A DNA stretch of 64,000 nt from Acidobacteriota bacterium (GTDB taxonomy: Bacteria > Acidobacteriota > UBA890 > WLXD01). The first letter of the stretch is position 1; each line of letters opens with the position of its first letter. Positions 9,352 to 21,499 of the stretch are shown here, piece by piece. The stretch is taken from the NCBI GenBank assembly GCA_963666215.2, contig CAXWPL010000005.1, positions 608,001 through 672,000 on the forward strand, written 5' to 3'. A model generated the notes under the pieces. It worked only from the letters and a program-made list of their open reading frames with translations, was not told where the DNA came from and searched no databases. A program made the translations under genes and the position numbers.

Positions 9352-9702
9352 ATGAAGAACGCCGATCGAGGGCTGGCGCTGGTCAAGGGCACGCTCGACC
9401 TGCTGGTGCTCACCGCTCTGAGTGGCGCGCGCATGCACGGCTACGGCATCGCGTCGTGGCTCGAGGAGCACTCGGGAGGAACCCTCGGCGTTGAAGACAG
9501 CGCGATCTATCAAGCGTTGCACCGCCTGCAGGGGCGGCGACTGGTCGAGGCCGAGTGGGGTGTCTCCGAGAACAACCGTCGAGCACGCTACTACCGGCTA
9601 ACACCGCGTGGACGCGAGGAGCTGGCAAGCGAGGCCGGCACTTGGGAGCGCTATGTGGCGTCGGTCACAGCGATTCTGGCTCTCGGCGTCGCGGCCGACT
9701 AG
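9352..9702 (+). CDS. PadR-family transcriptional regulator (acidobacterial type)
   Basis: KGTLDLLVL, HGYGIA, IYQALHRL, EWGVSENNRRARYYRLT. Confidence 0.92.
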   Translation: MKNADRGLALVKGTLDLLVLTALSGARMHGYGIASWLEEHSGGTLGVEDSAIYQALHRLQGRRLVEAEWGVSENNRRARYYRLTPRGREELASEAGTWERYVASVTAILALGVAAD

Positions 9703-9712
9703 GGCTCAACCG

Positions 9713-9798
9713 ATGGAGCTCTCGAACCTGCTGATCGCGCTTGTCTCTGTGGCCTCGCTCTTGGTTGTGGCCTTCCTGATCTCCCGCTTCGGTTTCGG
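9713..9798 (+). pseudogene. N-terminal stub of a membrane protein downstream of padR
   Basis: MELSNLLIALVSVASLLVVAFLISRFGFG runs head-on into the antisense aldehyde dehydrogenase fragment. Confidence 0.4.
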
Positions 9799-10095
9799 CT
9801 CCCGACTGACACCCAGGGCAAGCTCCTCGAGGTGTTCCTCGAGCAGCTGCTTGAGACGGAACATGACGCGGGCGCGCTGCACCGCCGGAATCGCGCGCCA
9901 CGCCGGAAAAGCGTCGCGCGCCGCTGCGACGGCTTGGCCGACCTCGCGAGCAGGCGACAGCGGCACACGGGCCAGCCGCTCGCCGGTTGCCGGATCGGTG
10001 ATCAGCAGCTCGTCCGAGCCGCGACTCTCAACCCATTCACCGCCGATGAAGTTCCGCAGCAGAGGACCGTCGGTGGTCGGCGAGGGAGTGGGCAA
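9799..10095 (-). pseudogene. mmsA: Truncated methylmalonate-semialdehyde dehydrogenase (ALDH) N-terminal fragment
   Basis: LRNFIGGEW, DPATGERLARVP, AFPAWRAIPAVQRARVMFRLKQLL; homology ends at ...VSRE, before the expected xGK motif; about 100 of ~490 aa. Confidence 0.8.
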
Positions 10096-10133
10096 AGGGG
10101 ATTCGCTCTCGAGGCCGGGCGCTCGGTGCGCCG

Positions 10134-10709
10134 TCAGGCGCGGGCGCTACCGCGGGCCGAACTGCGGCGCCGCACACCACGGATCAGAAAATAGAGGACG
10201 CCCACCACCACTGTGAAGGTGACGACGGGGATGAACAGCGACATGACGGCCGCGGAGAAGCTGACGGCGTCTTCGGTGAAGCTGATCACGGGTGTAGCCA
10301 GCCCAGCCGTGCCGCCAGTGGACAGAATTCGCAACCCGGCCTTGGCGGTGTGAACACCGGCGGCGACCGAACCTCCCATGACGATCCCCACAACCGCGGC
10401 CGTGATGGGATCGAGCGCTGTCAGCGGCGACGCGGCGGCGATGGCGCCCGCGACAGGCCGCGCCAACGTGCCGGTGACATCGAGGGCGTGGTCCACCACC
10501 GGAATCTTGTCGCCCAACATCTCGATCACCACGGCAACGGCCAGCACTGTTAGCGCCGGGGTGGACCCGAGCCACTCGAACGAGGGCAAGAGGGGGATAA
10601 CCTCGAAGCGGCCAGCCGCGCCCACCACCAGAAGCGGCAAGAAGGCACGCAGCCCGGCGCTTGCCGCCAGCCCGACGCCCATCATCAGCTGCCAGGTGAT
10701 CTCGACCAT
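10134..10709 (-). CDS. DUF4126 family membrane protein
   Basis: GVGLAASAGLRAFLPLL, EMLGDKIPVVDHALD, ARPVAGA, PVISFTED; start reassigned to MVEITWQ. Confidence 0.88.
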   Translation of the reverse strand: MVEITWQLMMGVGLAASAGLRAFLPLLVVGAAGRFEVIPLLPSFEWLGSTPALTVLAVAVVIEMLGDKIPVVDHALDVTGTLARPVAGAIAAASPLTALDPITAAVVGIVMGGSVAAGVHTAKAGLRILSTGGTAGLATPVISFTEDAVSFSAAVMSLFIPVVTFTVVVGVLYFLIRGVRRRSSARGSARA

Positions 10710-10794
10710 AGCGAAGATTGTAACAGCGCCTCGGGCAAGCCTGGGCCTGGCCGCCGAGCCTTGGAGCGTCAAGGCAGACCCACGCCCCGGGCTG

Positions 10795-11535
10795 TCAGGT
10801 CGCTGAGCTCGCGAACAGAGACGTAGTCGCCCGCAGCGCGGCCACGATTTGATCGGCAATCCGCAGCAACGCGGCACGGTCACCCGCGTAGCTCTGGTTG
10901 ATCTCGAGCTCGATGCCAACGAATGTCGATGGATCTCGAGGCCGGCGGAGCGCCGGCAAGATGCCATCTGCGGTACCGCTATAGGGCCTGTTGAACCAAA
11001 CGACGAGGTCGGTGTGGCTGGTGAGCTCTTCCCGGAGCTCGCTGGCCACCCGCCGCTCGATTCCATAACGCGGATCGAAGAGCAATCCGATGTCGTTACC
11101 GCGCACGCGACCGGCAAGCGCGGGTGTGTAGGTGTGCACACACAGGTGGACGCAGCGCCCTTCGCGCGCCACGATCGCGTCGACGCCGGCGGAGACCGCG
11201 TCACGATAAGGGCGCCAGTAGCGCTCGACGCGTGCCGCGCGAGCGGCCGCCGACAAACCGTAGTTGAAAGGAACCCGGTGGCCGTCCGACACCCGACGGA
11301 TCAGTTGCCGATTGTCGACGCTGCGATTGAGGTCCACCAGCAAGCGCGTGTGCTTGCCGAGGTGCAGCGGCGCGTCGAAGTGCGCGGCGATGCGACGCGA
11401 GATTGTTTCGGCGCCCGGATCGTAAGCGATGTGCAGGTCGAGCAGGCGCGGGTCGAGCTCGAAGTCAGGCCCGCCAGGCAGGCGATTCGAGGCATGCTCG
11501 CAGGAGACGAGGATCTGGCGCGGTGAAATGCTCAT
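10795..11535 (-). CDS. N-formylglutamate amidohydrolase
   Basis: SCEHASN, HIAYDPGA, RLLVDLNRS, YWRPYR, VHTYTP, IELEINQ. Confidence 0.88.
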   Translation of the reverse strand: MSISPRQILVSCEHASNRLPGGPDFELDPRLLDLHIAYDPGAETISRRIAAHFDAPLHLGKHTRLLVDLNRSVDNRQLIRRVSDGHRVPFNYGLSAAARAARVERYWRPYRDAVSAGVDAIVAREGRCVHLCVHTYTPALAGRVRGNDIGLLFDPRYGIERRVASELREELTSHTDLVVWFNRPYSGTADGILPALRRPRDPSTFVGIELEINQSYAGDRAALLRIADQIVAALRATTSLFASSAT

Positions 11536-11786
11536 GGCGGAAGGCGGCGTATTGTAGCGTCGGCACCTGAAGGCCGCTGCCCCGGCGCCCTCGCAGCGGA
11601 TGCCGCCACTCGCTTGCTGATCCCGCCGATAACGGAAACAGCCAGCAGGAAACGCCGAGGAGCCTGGTGCACGCACGATCCGGCCCAAGCGCGACGGCTG
11701 GCAAGCCGACGGCAGCAAGAGCGGCGGCGGAAGCCACGACGGCAGACGCGCCGGACGGGCGCGCCGCGCCTCAACCTACGGTCGCC

Positions 11787-13097
11787 ATGAACATTGCCGG
11801 CCCGAGCTCCGAAGACGGGCCTGCGGACGTGCCGGCGTTCGGCGTGGCCATGGTGATTCAGCGCTTTCGCCCGCAATTCACCGGCCAGGGTGTGCAGCTG
11901 GAGCAGCTCTGCAGGGCGCTCGCGCGGCGTGGTCACCGCCCCCTCATCATCACCGCCTCGCGCGGCAACGCCCAACGCCTCGAGCGTACGTTGGGCGTCG
12001 AGATACGCCGTGTGGGCTGCGCTTTCGGGCTGCTGTCGCGTTCGCCACTCGGCAACCGCGTGTGGAAACCGCTCTTTGCGCTCGGTTGCGCTCTGACCCT
12101 GTGGCGACAGCGGCGAAGCCTCGACGTCATTCACGTCCACGCACTCACCGACGCGCTCTACAGCAGCCGTGCGGTGGGGCGACTACTGGGTATCCCGGTC
12201 ATATTCGAGATGACGCTGGTGGGGGACGACGACCCTGCCTCGGTGGAGCAACGCGCGCGCCTGTTTGCGCGCTGGCGTTACCGCGTTTATCGGGGTTGCA
12301 ACGCGTCCGTTGCCATGTCGCGTGCCCTGGCCGAGGCGTATCGGGCCGCCGGACTGCCCGCCGAACGGCTGCGGCTGATCCCCCAAGGCGTTGATACGCA
12401 CCGTTTTCGGCCGGCCGGCTCTGCAGCTGAGCGCCGCGACGCGCGTCGGCAGCTGGAGGTGCCCGACGGCGGGCCGCTGGTGGCCTTCGTGGGAACCCTC
12501 GGCCGACGAAAAGGAATCGATCTTCTCCTCGAGGCATGGGAGAAGATCCACGCTCGGGTGCCACAAGCCCGCCTGCTGCTCGTCGGCCCCGACGACAGCC
12601 CCGCGGCGAGGACCGAGCAAGGGTTCACCGATCGGCTCGAAGCGCTCCGGCAGCGGAGCCCCAACGCCGCTGCCCGAATTCAAACGACGGGGGTGCGCGC
12701 CGATCCGGAGCTGTGCCTTCGGGCTGCAGACCTTTTCGTGTTCCCGTCGCGCCGTGAGGGATTCGGGTCGGTGATCATCGAAGCGATGGCAACCGGTTTG
12801 GCGTGCGTTGTTGCCGATCTTCCCGGAATCACCGACTGGATTCTCGAGCGCCCGGCCAACGTCGAAGTCGCTACAGATCAGGCCACTCCGGATGGTGTCG
12901 TGGTTCCGCAGAACGACGCCAGCGCTCTGGCCCGCGCAGCCACCCGCCTGCTCACAGACGAGGCACTGCGGACAGCTATCGGGACGGCGGCGCGCAGCCG
13001 CGCGCTCGATCGCTTCGGGCTCGACCGCGTCGCTGGCGAATATGTGTCGTTGTACGCCCATCTCGTCGAGCAAACCATCGCAGGCGCCGGCGCATGA
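11787..13097 (+). CDS. Glycosyltransferase family 4 (GT-B)
   Basis: IPQGVDTHRF, FVGTLGRRKG, FPSRREGFGSVIIEAMATG; start uncertain. Confidence 0.9.
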   Translation: MNIAGPSSEDGPADVPAFGVAMVIQRFRPQFTGQGVQLEQLCRALARRGHRPLIITASRGNAQRLERTLGVEIRRVGCAFGLLSRSPLGNRVWKPLFALGCALTLWRQRRSLDVIHVHALTDALYSSRAVGRLLGIPVIFEMTLVGDDDPASVEQRARLFARWRYRVYRGCNASVAMSRALAEAYRAAGLPAERLRLIPQGVDTHRFRPAGSAAERRDARRQLEVPDGGPLVAFVGTLGRRKGIDLLLEAWEKIHARVPQARLLLVGPDDSPAARTEQGFTDRLEALRQRSPNAAARIQTTGVRADPELCLRAADLFVFPSRREGFGSVIIEAMATGLACVVADLPGITDWILERPANVEVATDQATPDGVVVPQNDASALARAATRLLTDEALRTAIGTAARSRALDRFGLDRVAGEYVSLYAHLVEQTIAGAGA

Positions 13098-14767
13098 CCG
13101 AGCCCACAGTTCCGGACACCGGGAATACCCACAGCCTCGAGGAGATCGACGGGCCGCCGCGAGCCTCCCTGGAGGACAGCGGAGCGCAGGACGAGCGCGA
13201 CGCTACCGAAGCGGGCGACAACGGATTGCTGCAACCGGTGTCGCGGGCGATGTTCTGGAACGCGTCGTTGCTCCCGGTGACAGCGATTCTCACACTCGCC
13301 GCCTCGATCTTGATTCGGCGACGCTTCGGGCTCGAATCGGCGCTGTACGACTACGCGCTGGGGCTAGTGAACACGGTCCTGTTCTTTTCGAGCTTCGGTA
13401 TCCACCACAGCTTCGGACGCTTTGTGCCAGTGGTGGAGGCTCACGGTGGGCGCGCCGCGGTGGTGGGCTTGCTGCGCTACGGCGCCTCGATACGGCTTGC
13501 GGCGCTGGTCGTGCTGCTGACGCCGGCCGCTATCTTGGCGCGCCCTGTGGCCGCCTGGCTCGGATTCGACAGCGCGATATACGTCTACCTCGTTGCCCTG
13601 GTGGTGCTCGGCCGCGCGACAGTCGATCTCGTGGCCCGTGGGCTGCAGGCACTGTTCGCACATCTCTCGGCGAACCTCCTTCAGCTGTCACGCGCGGCGC
13701 TGATGCCGCTGCTGCTGGTGGCCATATTCATGGCCGGCTACGGCATGGTTGCCGTCCTGGTGGTGCTGGCGGCGGTCTCCGGATTCAACGTTGTCGTCGG
13801 GATTGGCATGCTCCGTCGGGCGCTGAACGCTGCCCGGCTGCGCCGCGGCGAAACACCCTCGGGCGCGCCCGCCACGGCGTTCGGATCGCATCTGGAGCCG
13901 CGGCGTTTCTGGTCGTTCAGCCTGTTCTTATACGTATTCGACCTGCTGAAGTACTGCACAACACCGGCGTTCGCGGCCGTCGCATTGGGTCTGACGCTCG
14001 AGGACCGCGGCCAGTTGGCGATTTTCGCCACGGCGGTGCAGTTCCCTCTGGTTGTCTCCACGCTGATGGTGTCGAGCTTTCAGGGTCTGTACCGACCGCT
14101 GTTCGGGCGCCTGTTGACGCTGGGCGACGCCGAGCGACTGCGCACGAGCTTCGTCGAGATGGCCAAGGTTCAAGCGGTGCTTCTGATCCCCGGCGGCGTC
14201 GGTTTGGCCATCATGGTCGGCGACTACGTAGCACTCCTGTTCCCTCCGGTGTTCGCGGCGAGCGTCCCCATCGCCCGAGTGCTGGTGCTCTTCATGGGCA
14301 CCGAAACGTTGTTCAACCTCGGGATGATCCTGCTATCGAGCGACGAGCGCTATCGCGACACGTTGGCTGCTCAGTCGATCCGACTGCTCGCCGCTCCTCT
14401 GTTTGTTGTCGCGGCGCGATCGCCCGGCGGCCTGCTCGCCGCCAGCGCGGTATTCGGTGGCGCCCGATTGTTGGCGCTTCTCGTGGCTCATGCATTGGCC
14501 CACAAGCGCTACGGCGTGCGCTTCCCGATAGGCTTCGTCGCACGCGCGGCACTACCGAGCCTGGCGATGGCTCTGGTGCTTCTGCCACTGCGCCGTGTGC
14601 TCCCGCCGACGGCGGCGAGCGCCGTTGGACTGACCCTGCTCGGCGCCCTGACCGTCCTGGTGGGAATGCGATGGTTCCGGGTGCTCGGTGCCCGCGAGCT
14701 CGACCTGTTGCGGCGCGCGCGGCTGCCCGGGATGACTCACGTGACCAGCTGGCTGAACAGCCGGTGA
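13094..14767 (+). CDS. Oligosaccharide flippase / polysaccharide biosynthesis (Wzx-like) membrane protein
   Basis: About 13-14 hydrophobic segments; ATGA coupling to the GT4 gene; start MTEPTVP. Confidence 0.75.
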   Translation: MTEPTVPDTGNTHSLEEIDGPPRASLEDSGAQDERDATEAGDNGLLQPVSRAMFWNASLLPVTAILTLAASILIRRRFGLESALYDYALGLVNTVLFFSSFGIHHSFGRFVPVVEAHGGRAAVVGLLRYGASIRLAALVVLLTPAAILARPVAAWLGFDSAIYVYLVALVVLGRATVDLVARGLQALFAHLSANLLQLSRAALMPLLLVAIFMAGYGMVAVLVVLAAVSGFNVVVGIGMLRRALNAARLRRGETPSGAPATAFGSHLEPRRFWSFSLFLYVFDLLKYCTTPAFAAVALGLTLEDRGQLAIFATAVQFPLVVSTLMVSSFQGLYRPLFGRLLTLGDAERLRTSFVEMAKVQAVLLIPGGVGLAIMVGDYVALLFPPVFAASVPIARVLVLFMGTETLFNLGMILLSSDERYRDTLAAQSIRLLAAPLFVVAARSPGGLLAASAVFGGARLLALLVAHALAHKRYGVRFPIGFVARAALPSLAMALVLLPLRRVLPPTAASAVGLTLLGALTVLVGMRWFRVLGARELDLLRRARLPGMTHVTSWLNSR

Positions 14768-14893
14768 GGGCGGCCACCTACATCCCCTAGCCGGAGCCGG
14801 GCACGCGCGGCTGGGAGATGCGTCAGCAACTTGCCGAGCTGTTCGGCACTGCGATCGAGCGACGGCGGCCAGCAGGCTCGCTAACCTGCGGTC

Positions 14894-15238
14894 TCAGACG
14901 AATAGGCGAGCGATCCGCTGGCCGTCGCAGATCGCGGTGCCGTTGCTGCTCACCAGTACAACTGCGGCCGACCGTCGTCCGCGATCAAGCAGGCCGCGTA
15001 CCAGGCGCGCCGCCGTGTCCTGCAGGCTCGAGCGCGATTGCTGGTCGCACAGCGCGAAGAAGATCGGCGCGAAGCGCACCGTCACCTCGAAGCCGCGCAG
15101 CACGGCGTCCTCGGCCGGCTCGCGGGCGTCGACGCTCAGCGTGTAGATCGCCCCGCCGACCAGCGGATCGCTGTCGAGCGCCTGGATGATGCGGATCTGA
15201 AAAACCTCGCCCGCCACCTCATGTTCGTGGACCCTCAT
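14894..15238 (-). CDS. Hypothetical protein (114 aa)
   Basis: GAGGAG RBS; follows ligA on the same strand; globular composition; no recognisable motif. Confidence 0.6.
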   Translation of the reverse strand: MRVHEHEVAGEVFQIRIIQALDSDPLVGGAIYTLSVDAREPAEDAVLRGFEVTVRFAPIFFALCDQQSRSSLQDTAARLVRGLLDRGRRSAAVVLVSSNGTAICDGQRIARLFV

Positions 15239-15277
15239 GTTGCTCCTCGCACCACCCTCGCCGCGGGCAAGGCGGTG

Positions 15278-17419
<2,142 letters not shown>

Positions 17420-17667
17420 CTACACCGGGTGGCGACAGCAGCGGGTGGAGCTGAACCGCGGCGACGTCGACGGATTTGATCGGGTCTGTGCCTTCGAGCC
17501 TGCGTGTTGACGAGCTCGAGGAGCGCAACAAGCCGGCTGAGCGCTACAGGCGCGCCGACGATATCGAAGCCGACTGAGCACGCGGCCTCGCGCTCGCAGG
17601 CCGTGAATGGTATCTCCAGGGTTCACCGTGCGCAGCATTGTCTTGAATCGACTCCAATGGAGACGCC

Positions 17668-18702
17668 ATGAAACGAGCCCATGTAACCATCGCCGGTCTT
17701 CTCGCCCTGCTCATTGTCGCGCCGGCGGCGTCGCCGGCCGTCGCCACGGCGGAGCGAGAACCGAGCCCAGGGCTCCAGCGGGCTCTCGAGCGCGCCGTCG
17801 AGCGCTTTGCCGGGCGTATTGGCGTGCAGGTACAGCACGTCGAGAGCGGCGTGTCGGCCGCGGTCGATGCCGAAACGCCCTACCCGATGGCGAGCACGTT
17901 CAAGGTTCCGATTCTGGTCGAGCTGATGGCCCGGGTCGATGCCGGCGAGTTATCGCTCGACGACCGCATCGAAGTCCTGTCGACCGACCAGCACATCGGC
18001 AGCGGACTGCTGCAGAACCTCTGGGCGCCGGGGATCGCTCTATCACTGCGCAACGTGGCGACAATGATGATCATCCTTTCCGACAACTCAGCGACCGACC
18101 TACTCGTGGAACGGCTCGGCCCGCAACGCATCACCGCGCGCATGCGCACACTCGGTCTGGACAACATCCGCGTCGATCGCACAACTCTCGAGCTCATCCT
18201 CGATTACCTGGGCGTTCCGTTCGCGCCTCTGGACGACGCGACCAACGCGGAGATCCAGGCTGACCTCGCCGAGCGCGACCTCGACGGCGAGGCTGCCGAG
18301 CGCGCACGCGAGGCGTTCTACACCACCGCCAAGGACGTCGCCTCGGCACGCGAAATGAACGATCTGCTGGTCCGCATCGCGCGCCACGAAATCCTCACTC
18401 CCGCTTCATGCGATGTCATCCTCGAGATTCTCGAGCGTACTCAGACAGGCGAAAACCGACTGCGAGGCATGTTGCCGGCCGACACGGTCGTGCGTCACAA
18501 GACCGGCACCATCGGCCGCGTCGTCAACGATGTCGGCATCATCGAGCTACCGAATGATCCCGGCGACGGCGGCGACGTTCCCGCAAATCGCTTCGCCATC
18601 AGCGTGTTCACGCTCGGAGACCCCGGCACCGCCAACCCGGCTAACGAGCGCGCGATCGCCGACCTGGCGCGCACGGCCTACGATTTCTTCCTCTCGCGGT
18701 AG
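17668..18702 (+). CDS. Secreted class A beta-lactamase-like serine hydrolase
   Basis: Signal peptide; STFK, SDN, HKTG motifs; omega loop reads DRTTLELI. Confidence 0.88.
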   Translation: MKRAHVTIAGLLALLIVAPAASPAVATAEREPSPGLQRALERAVERFAGRIGVQVQHVESGVSAAVDAETPYPMASTFKVPILVELMARVDAGELSLDDRIEVLSTDQHIGSGLLQNLWAPGIALSLRNVATMMIILSDNSATDLLVERLGPQRITARMRTLGLDNIRVDRTTLELILDYLGVPFAPLDDATNAEIQADLAERDLDGEAAERAREAFYTTAKDVASAREMNDLLVRIARHEILTPASCDVILEILERTQTGENRLRGMLPADTVVRHKTGTIGRVVNDVGIIELPNDPGDGGDVPANRFAISVFTLGDPGTANPANERAIADLARTAYDFFLSR

Positions 18703-18830
18703 GGTCGGCGAAGAGCGAGTTCGCTGGAGATTCGTCGCCTTCTTCGCTACTTTTGGGCCCATCGTGCGGCGGAGCGGTTGTGGAACAACCCGCTGCTGAT
18801 CCGCTGCCACAAGCTCGTTTGGAGGAGTCT

Positions 18831-18908
18831 ATGACTCGCAGAATCGCCGCTCTGTTCGCGATCGCCGCGATTGTCGGCCTGGCCGTGCAGCCTCCCGCCT
18901 ACGCCTAG
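18831..18908 (+). CDS. 25-aa signal-peptide-like small ORF or remnant, not in ORF track
   Basis: GGAGGAG RBS; MTRRIAALFAIAAIVGLAVQPPAYA then TAG. Confidence 0.45.
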   Translation: MTRRIAALFAIAAIVGLAVQPPAYA

Positions 18909-18922
18909 CCACTCCCCCCGAG

Positions 18923-18967
18923 CTACGAAACAGGGACCGACCAGACGGTTGGTCCCTGTTCTTGTAG
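18923..18967 (+). terminator. Long stem-loop, probable terminator
   Basis: CTACGAAACAGGGACCGACC-AGAC-GGTTGGTCCCTGTTCTTGTAG. Confidence 0.55.
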
Positions 18968-18991
18968 GAAACCCCGAGACGTGGCCCGATC

Positions 18992-19876
18992 TTGAAGACA
19001 CGACCCGAATACTCCATCATCGACATCCACGTCCACATCCAGCCCTGGTCGCATTTTCACCCCCACACGCGCCAGGTCATGGAGGCGGGACGCGACAATT
19101 GCGACGAGCTGCAGACGATGATGCTCGACCCGCAGGCGGTGCTCGACTGCATGGACGCGGCCGGCGTGCAGCGCATCGGGATGATCAACTACGTGGCCGA
19201 AAAGTTGATGGGCTTCGGCGCCGCGGTGAACCCTTGGGTTGCGGCGATCGCCGCGGCGGCGCCGGAGCGGCTGCTGCCATTCGGCGGACTCGATCCACGC
19301 GACCCGGCGGTCGAGAGCGATCCGGCCGGCGCGGTGGACCACCTTCTCGAGCTCGGCATTCGCGGCCTCAAGATTCACCCACCACACCAGGAGCTGCGTG
19401 CGAACGCCTATCGGGAGGGCGCAGCCGACGAACATCTGCCGGCGCTCGCCGGCATCTACGCTCGCTGCGCCGAGCGCGGGCTGCCGGTGATGATCCACAC
19501 CGGCACGTCGATCTTCCCCGGCGCCCGCAGCCGGTTCGGCAATCCGCTCGAGTGCGACGACGTGGCGATCGACTTCCCCGACCTGATCCAGATCCTGGCG
19601 CATGCCGGCCGCCCGTTCTGGTGTGAGCAGGCCATGTTCGTGGCACGTCGGCACAGCAATCTCTATCTCGATCTGTCGGGCATCCCGCCGAAGCGCTTGC
19701 TCCACTACCTGCCCGAGCTGCCGCGCCTGGCCCACAAGTGTCTGTGGGGCACCGACTGGCCGGGTCCGGGTGTGCCCGGCCTGCGCTCAAACTTGGAACA
19801 GTTCCTGGCGCTCGACCTTGCAGACGAGACTCGCAAGCTCGTGCTGCACGACGTGCCTGCGCGGCTGTTCCCGTAG
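18992..19876 (+). CDS. Amidohydrolase family 2 protein
   Basis: IIDIHVH, GLKIHPPHQ, VMIHTG, ILAHAG, WGTDWP. Confidence 0.9.
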   Translation: MKTRPEYSIIDIHVHIQPWSHFHPHTRQVMEAGRDNCDELQTMMLDPQAVLDCMDAAGVQRIGMINYVAEKLMGFGAAVNPWVAAIAAAAPERLLPFGGLDPRDPAVESDPAGAVDHLLELGIRGLKIHPPHQELRANAYREGAADEHLPALAGIYARCAERGLPVMIHTGTSIFPGARSRFGNPLECDDVAIDFPDLIQILAHAGRPFWCEQAMFVARRHSNLYLDLSGIPPKRLLHYLPELPRLAHKCLWGTDWPGPGVPGLRSNLEQFLALDLADETRKLVLHDVPARLFP

Positions 19877-20002
19877 CCGAGGAACCGGTGGGGACGACCC
19901 CGACCACTGCTACAATCTCGCCGATCCAAGCCGCACGGGCGCGTTGTGATCAACCAGCGCCGCCCAGCACCGCCGTTGTCCTCTTGCTAGATGGGGTGGT
20001 CC

Positions 20003-21499
20003 ATGCAGGAAATCTCGAATCGCATCGTCAGCATGATCAGCGACAACCTGCCCGGCCTGCTCGCCGCGCTCGCCGTGCTCGTATTCGGCTGGATCGCAGC
20101 CTTTGCGATTGCCGCTGGCGTGCGCTCGATCATGAAGCGAACACAGCTCGACGATCGCCTGGCGATTTGGCTAGGCAGCGACACCACAGCGCCACACGAC
20201 AAGTTCGAGCTGTGGATCCCGCGCGGGGTCTACTACCTGGTCTTGGTCTTCGTGCTGGTCGCCTTCCTGCAAACGCTCGGGCTGACCGTGGTCACCGAGC
20301 CGCTGAGCGCGCTGCTCAATCGCGTATTCGAATTCGCACCGCGGATCCTGGGCGCCGGACTGCTGCTCGGCCTGGCCTGGCTGCTAGCAACCGTTCTGCG
20401 CGCCGCCGTAACGCGCATGCTCGAGATCTCGAAGCTCGAGGAACGGCTTGGCGCAGCGGTAACGCTCGACAAGAAGCCGCGCGTGTCGGTGGCCAAGACC
20501 CTGGGCGACGCCATTTACTGGCTGATATTCCTGCTCTTTCTGCCGGCGATCCTCGACACGTTGAGCCTGCAGGGGCCGCTCGCCCCGGTGCAGTCCATGA
20601 TGAACGAGGTTCTGGGCTTTCTGCCGAACCTGTTCGCAGCCGGGCTCATCGCACTCGCCGGCTGGTTCGTGGCGCGCATTCTGCAGCAGATCGTCGCCAA
20701 CCTGCTGGCCGCCCTGGGTGCCGACCAGCTGAGCACGAGCTTGGGGCTCGAGGCCGTTCTCGGCCGCCAGAGCCTTTCAGGTCTGATTGGCCTCGTCGTT
20801 TACGTGCTCATCCTCATACCGGTGCTCGTGGCGTCGCTCAACGCGCTGGAGCTCGACGCCATCACCCGCCCAGCGAGCAACATGCTCGACGCCATCATGG
20901 CGGCGATTCCCCTGATTTTCGCCGCCTGCCTGCTGCTGGCAATCGCCTACGTCGTCGGCCGGGTTGTGGGCGGATTGATTGCCAACCTGCTCAATGGCGT
21001 CGGATTCAACCGTGTCCTGGAGCGTCTCGACATCACCAAGGAAGGCGAGGAGGGCGAGCGCAATCCCTCCGACATCGTCGGCTACTTGGTGCTGGTGGCG
21101 ATCCTGCTTTTCGCCGCGGTCGAGGCCTCACGGCTGCTCGGATTCGTGGGACTCGCCGACCTGGTCGGGCAGTTCCTGGTGTTCGCGGGTGGTGTGCTAG
21201 TTGGCCTGGTTATCTTCGCGGTGGGCCTTTACCTCGCCAATCTGGCGGCCCGTGTAGTCGAGGCAAGCAGCTCGGCACAGGCGCCGGTGCTGGCGCTTGC
21301 GGCGCGGGTGTCGATTCTTGTACTGGCGGGCTTCATGGCGCTCAGCCAGATGGGGCTCGGCGGCGACATCATCAACCTGGCGTTCGGCATCGTCCTTGGC
21401 GCACTGTTTCTGGCGCTGGCGCTCGCTTTCGGATTCGGCGGGCGCGAAGTCGCGGCGCGCCAGCTCGAGGAATGGAAGCGCATGTGGGACTCGAAGTGA
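20003..21499 (+). CDS. Conserved TM-helix-repeat protein (CmpX/MscS-associated)
   Basis: Repeated units such as FLPNLFAAGLIALAGWFVA; C-terminal ALAFGFGGREVAARQLEEW. Confidence 0.85.
   Translation: MQEISNRIVSMISDNLPGLLAALAVLVFGWIAAFAIAAGVRSIMKRTQLDDRLAIWLGSDTTAPHDKFELWIPRGVYYLVLVFVLVAFLQTLGLTVVTEPLSALLNRVFEFAPRILGAGLLLGLAWLLATVLRAAVTRMLEISKLEERLGAAVTLDKKPRVSVAKTLGDAIYWLIFLLFLPAILDTLSLQGPLAPVQSMMNEVLGFLPNLFAAGLIALAGWFVARILQQIVANLLAALGADQLSTSLGLEAVLGRQSLSGLIGLVVYVLILIPVLVASLNALELDAITRPASNMLDAIMAAIPLIFAACLLLAIAYVVGRVVGGLIANLLNGVGFNRVLERLDITKEGEEGERNPSDIVGYLVLVAILLFAAVEASRLLGFVGLADLVGQFLVFAGGVLVGLVIFAVGLYLANLAARVVEASSSAQAPVLALAARVSILVLAGFMALSQMGLGGDIINLAFGIVLGALFLALALAFGFGGREVAARQLEEWKRMWDSK

Noticed and set aside
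18906-18995. Pyrrolysine read-through of the TAG after the 25-aa peptide
   Set aside because: Read-through adds only ~28 featureless residues before TGA, and no pyl genes are in view.
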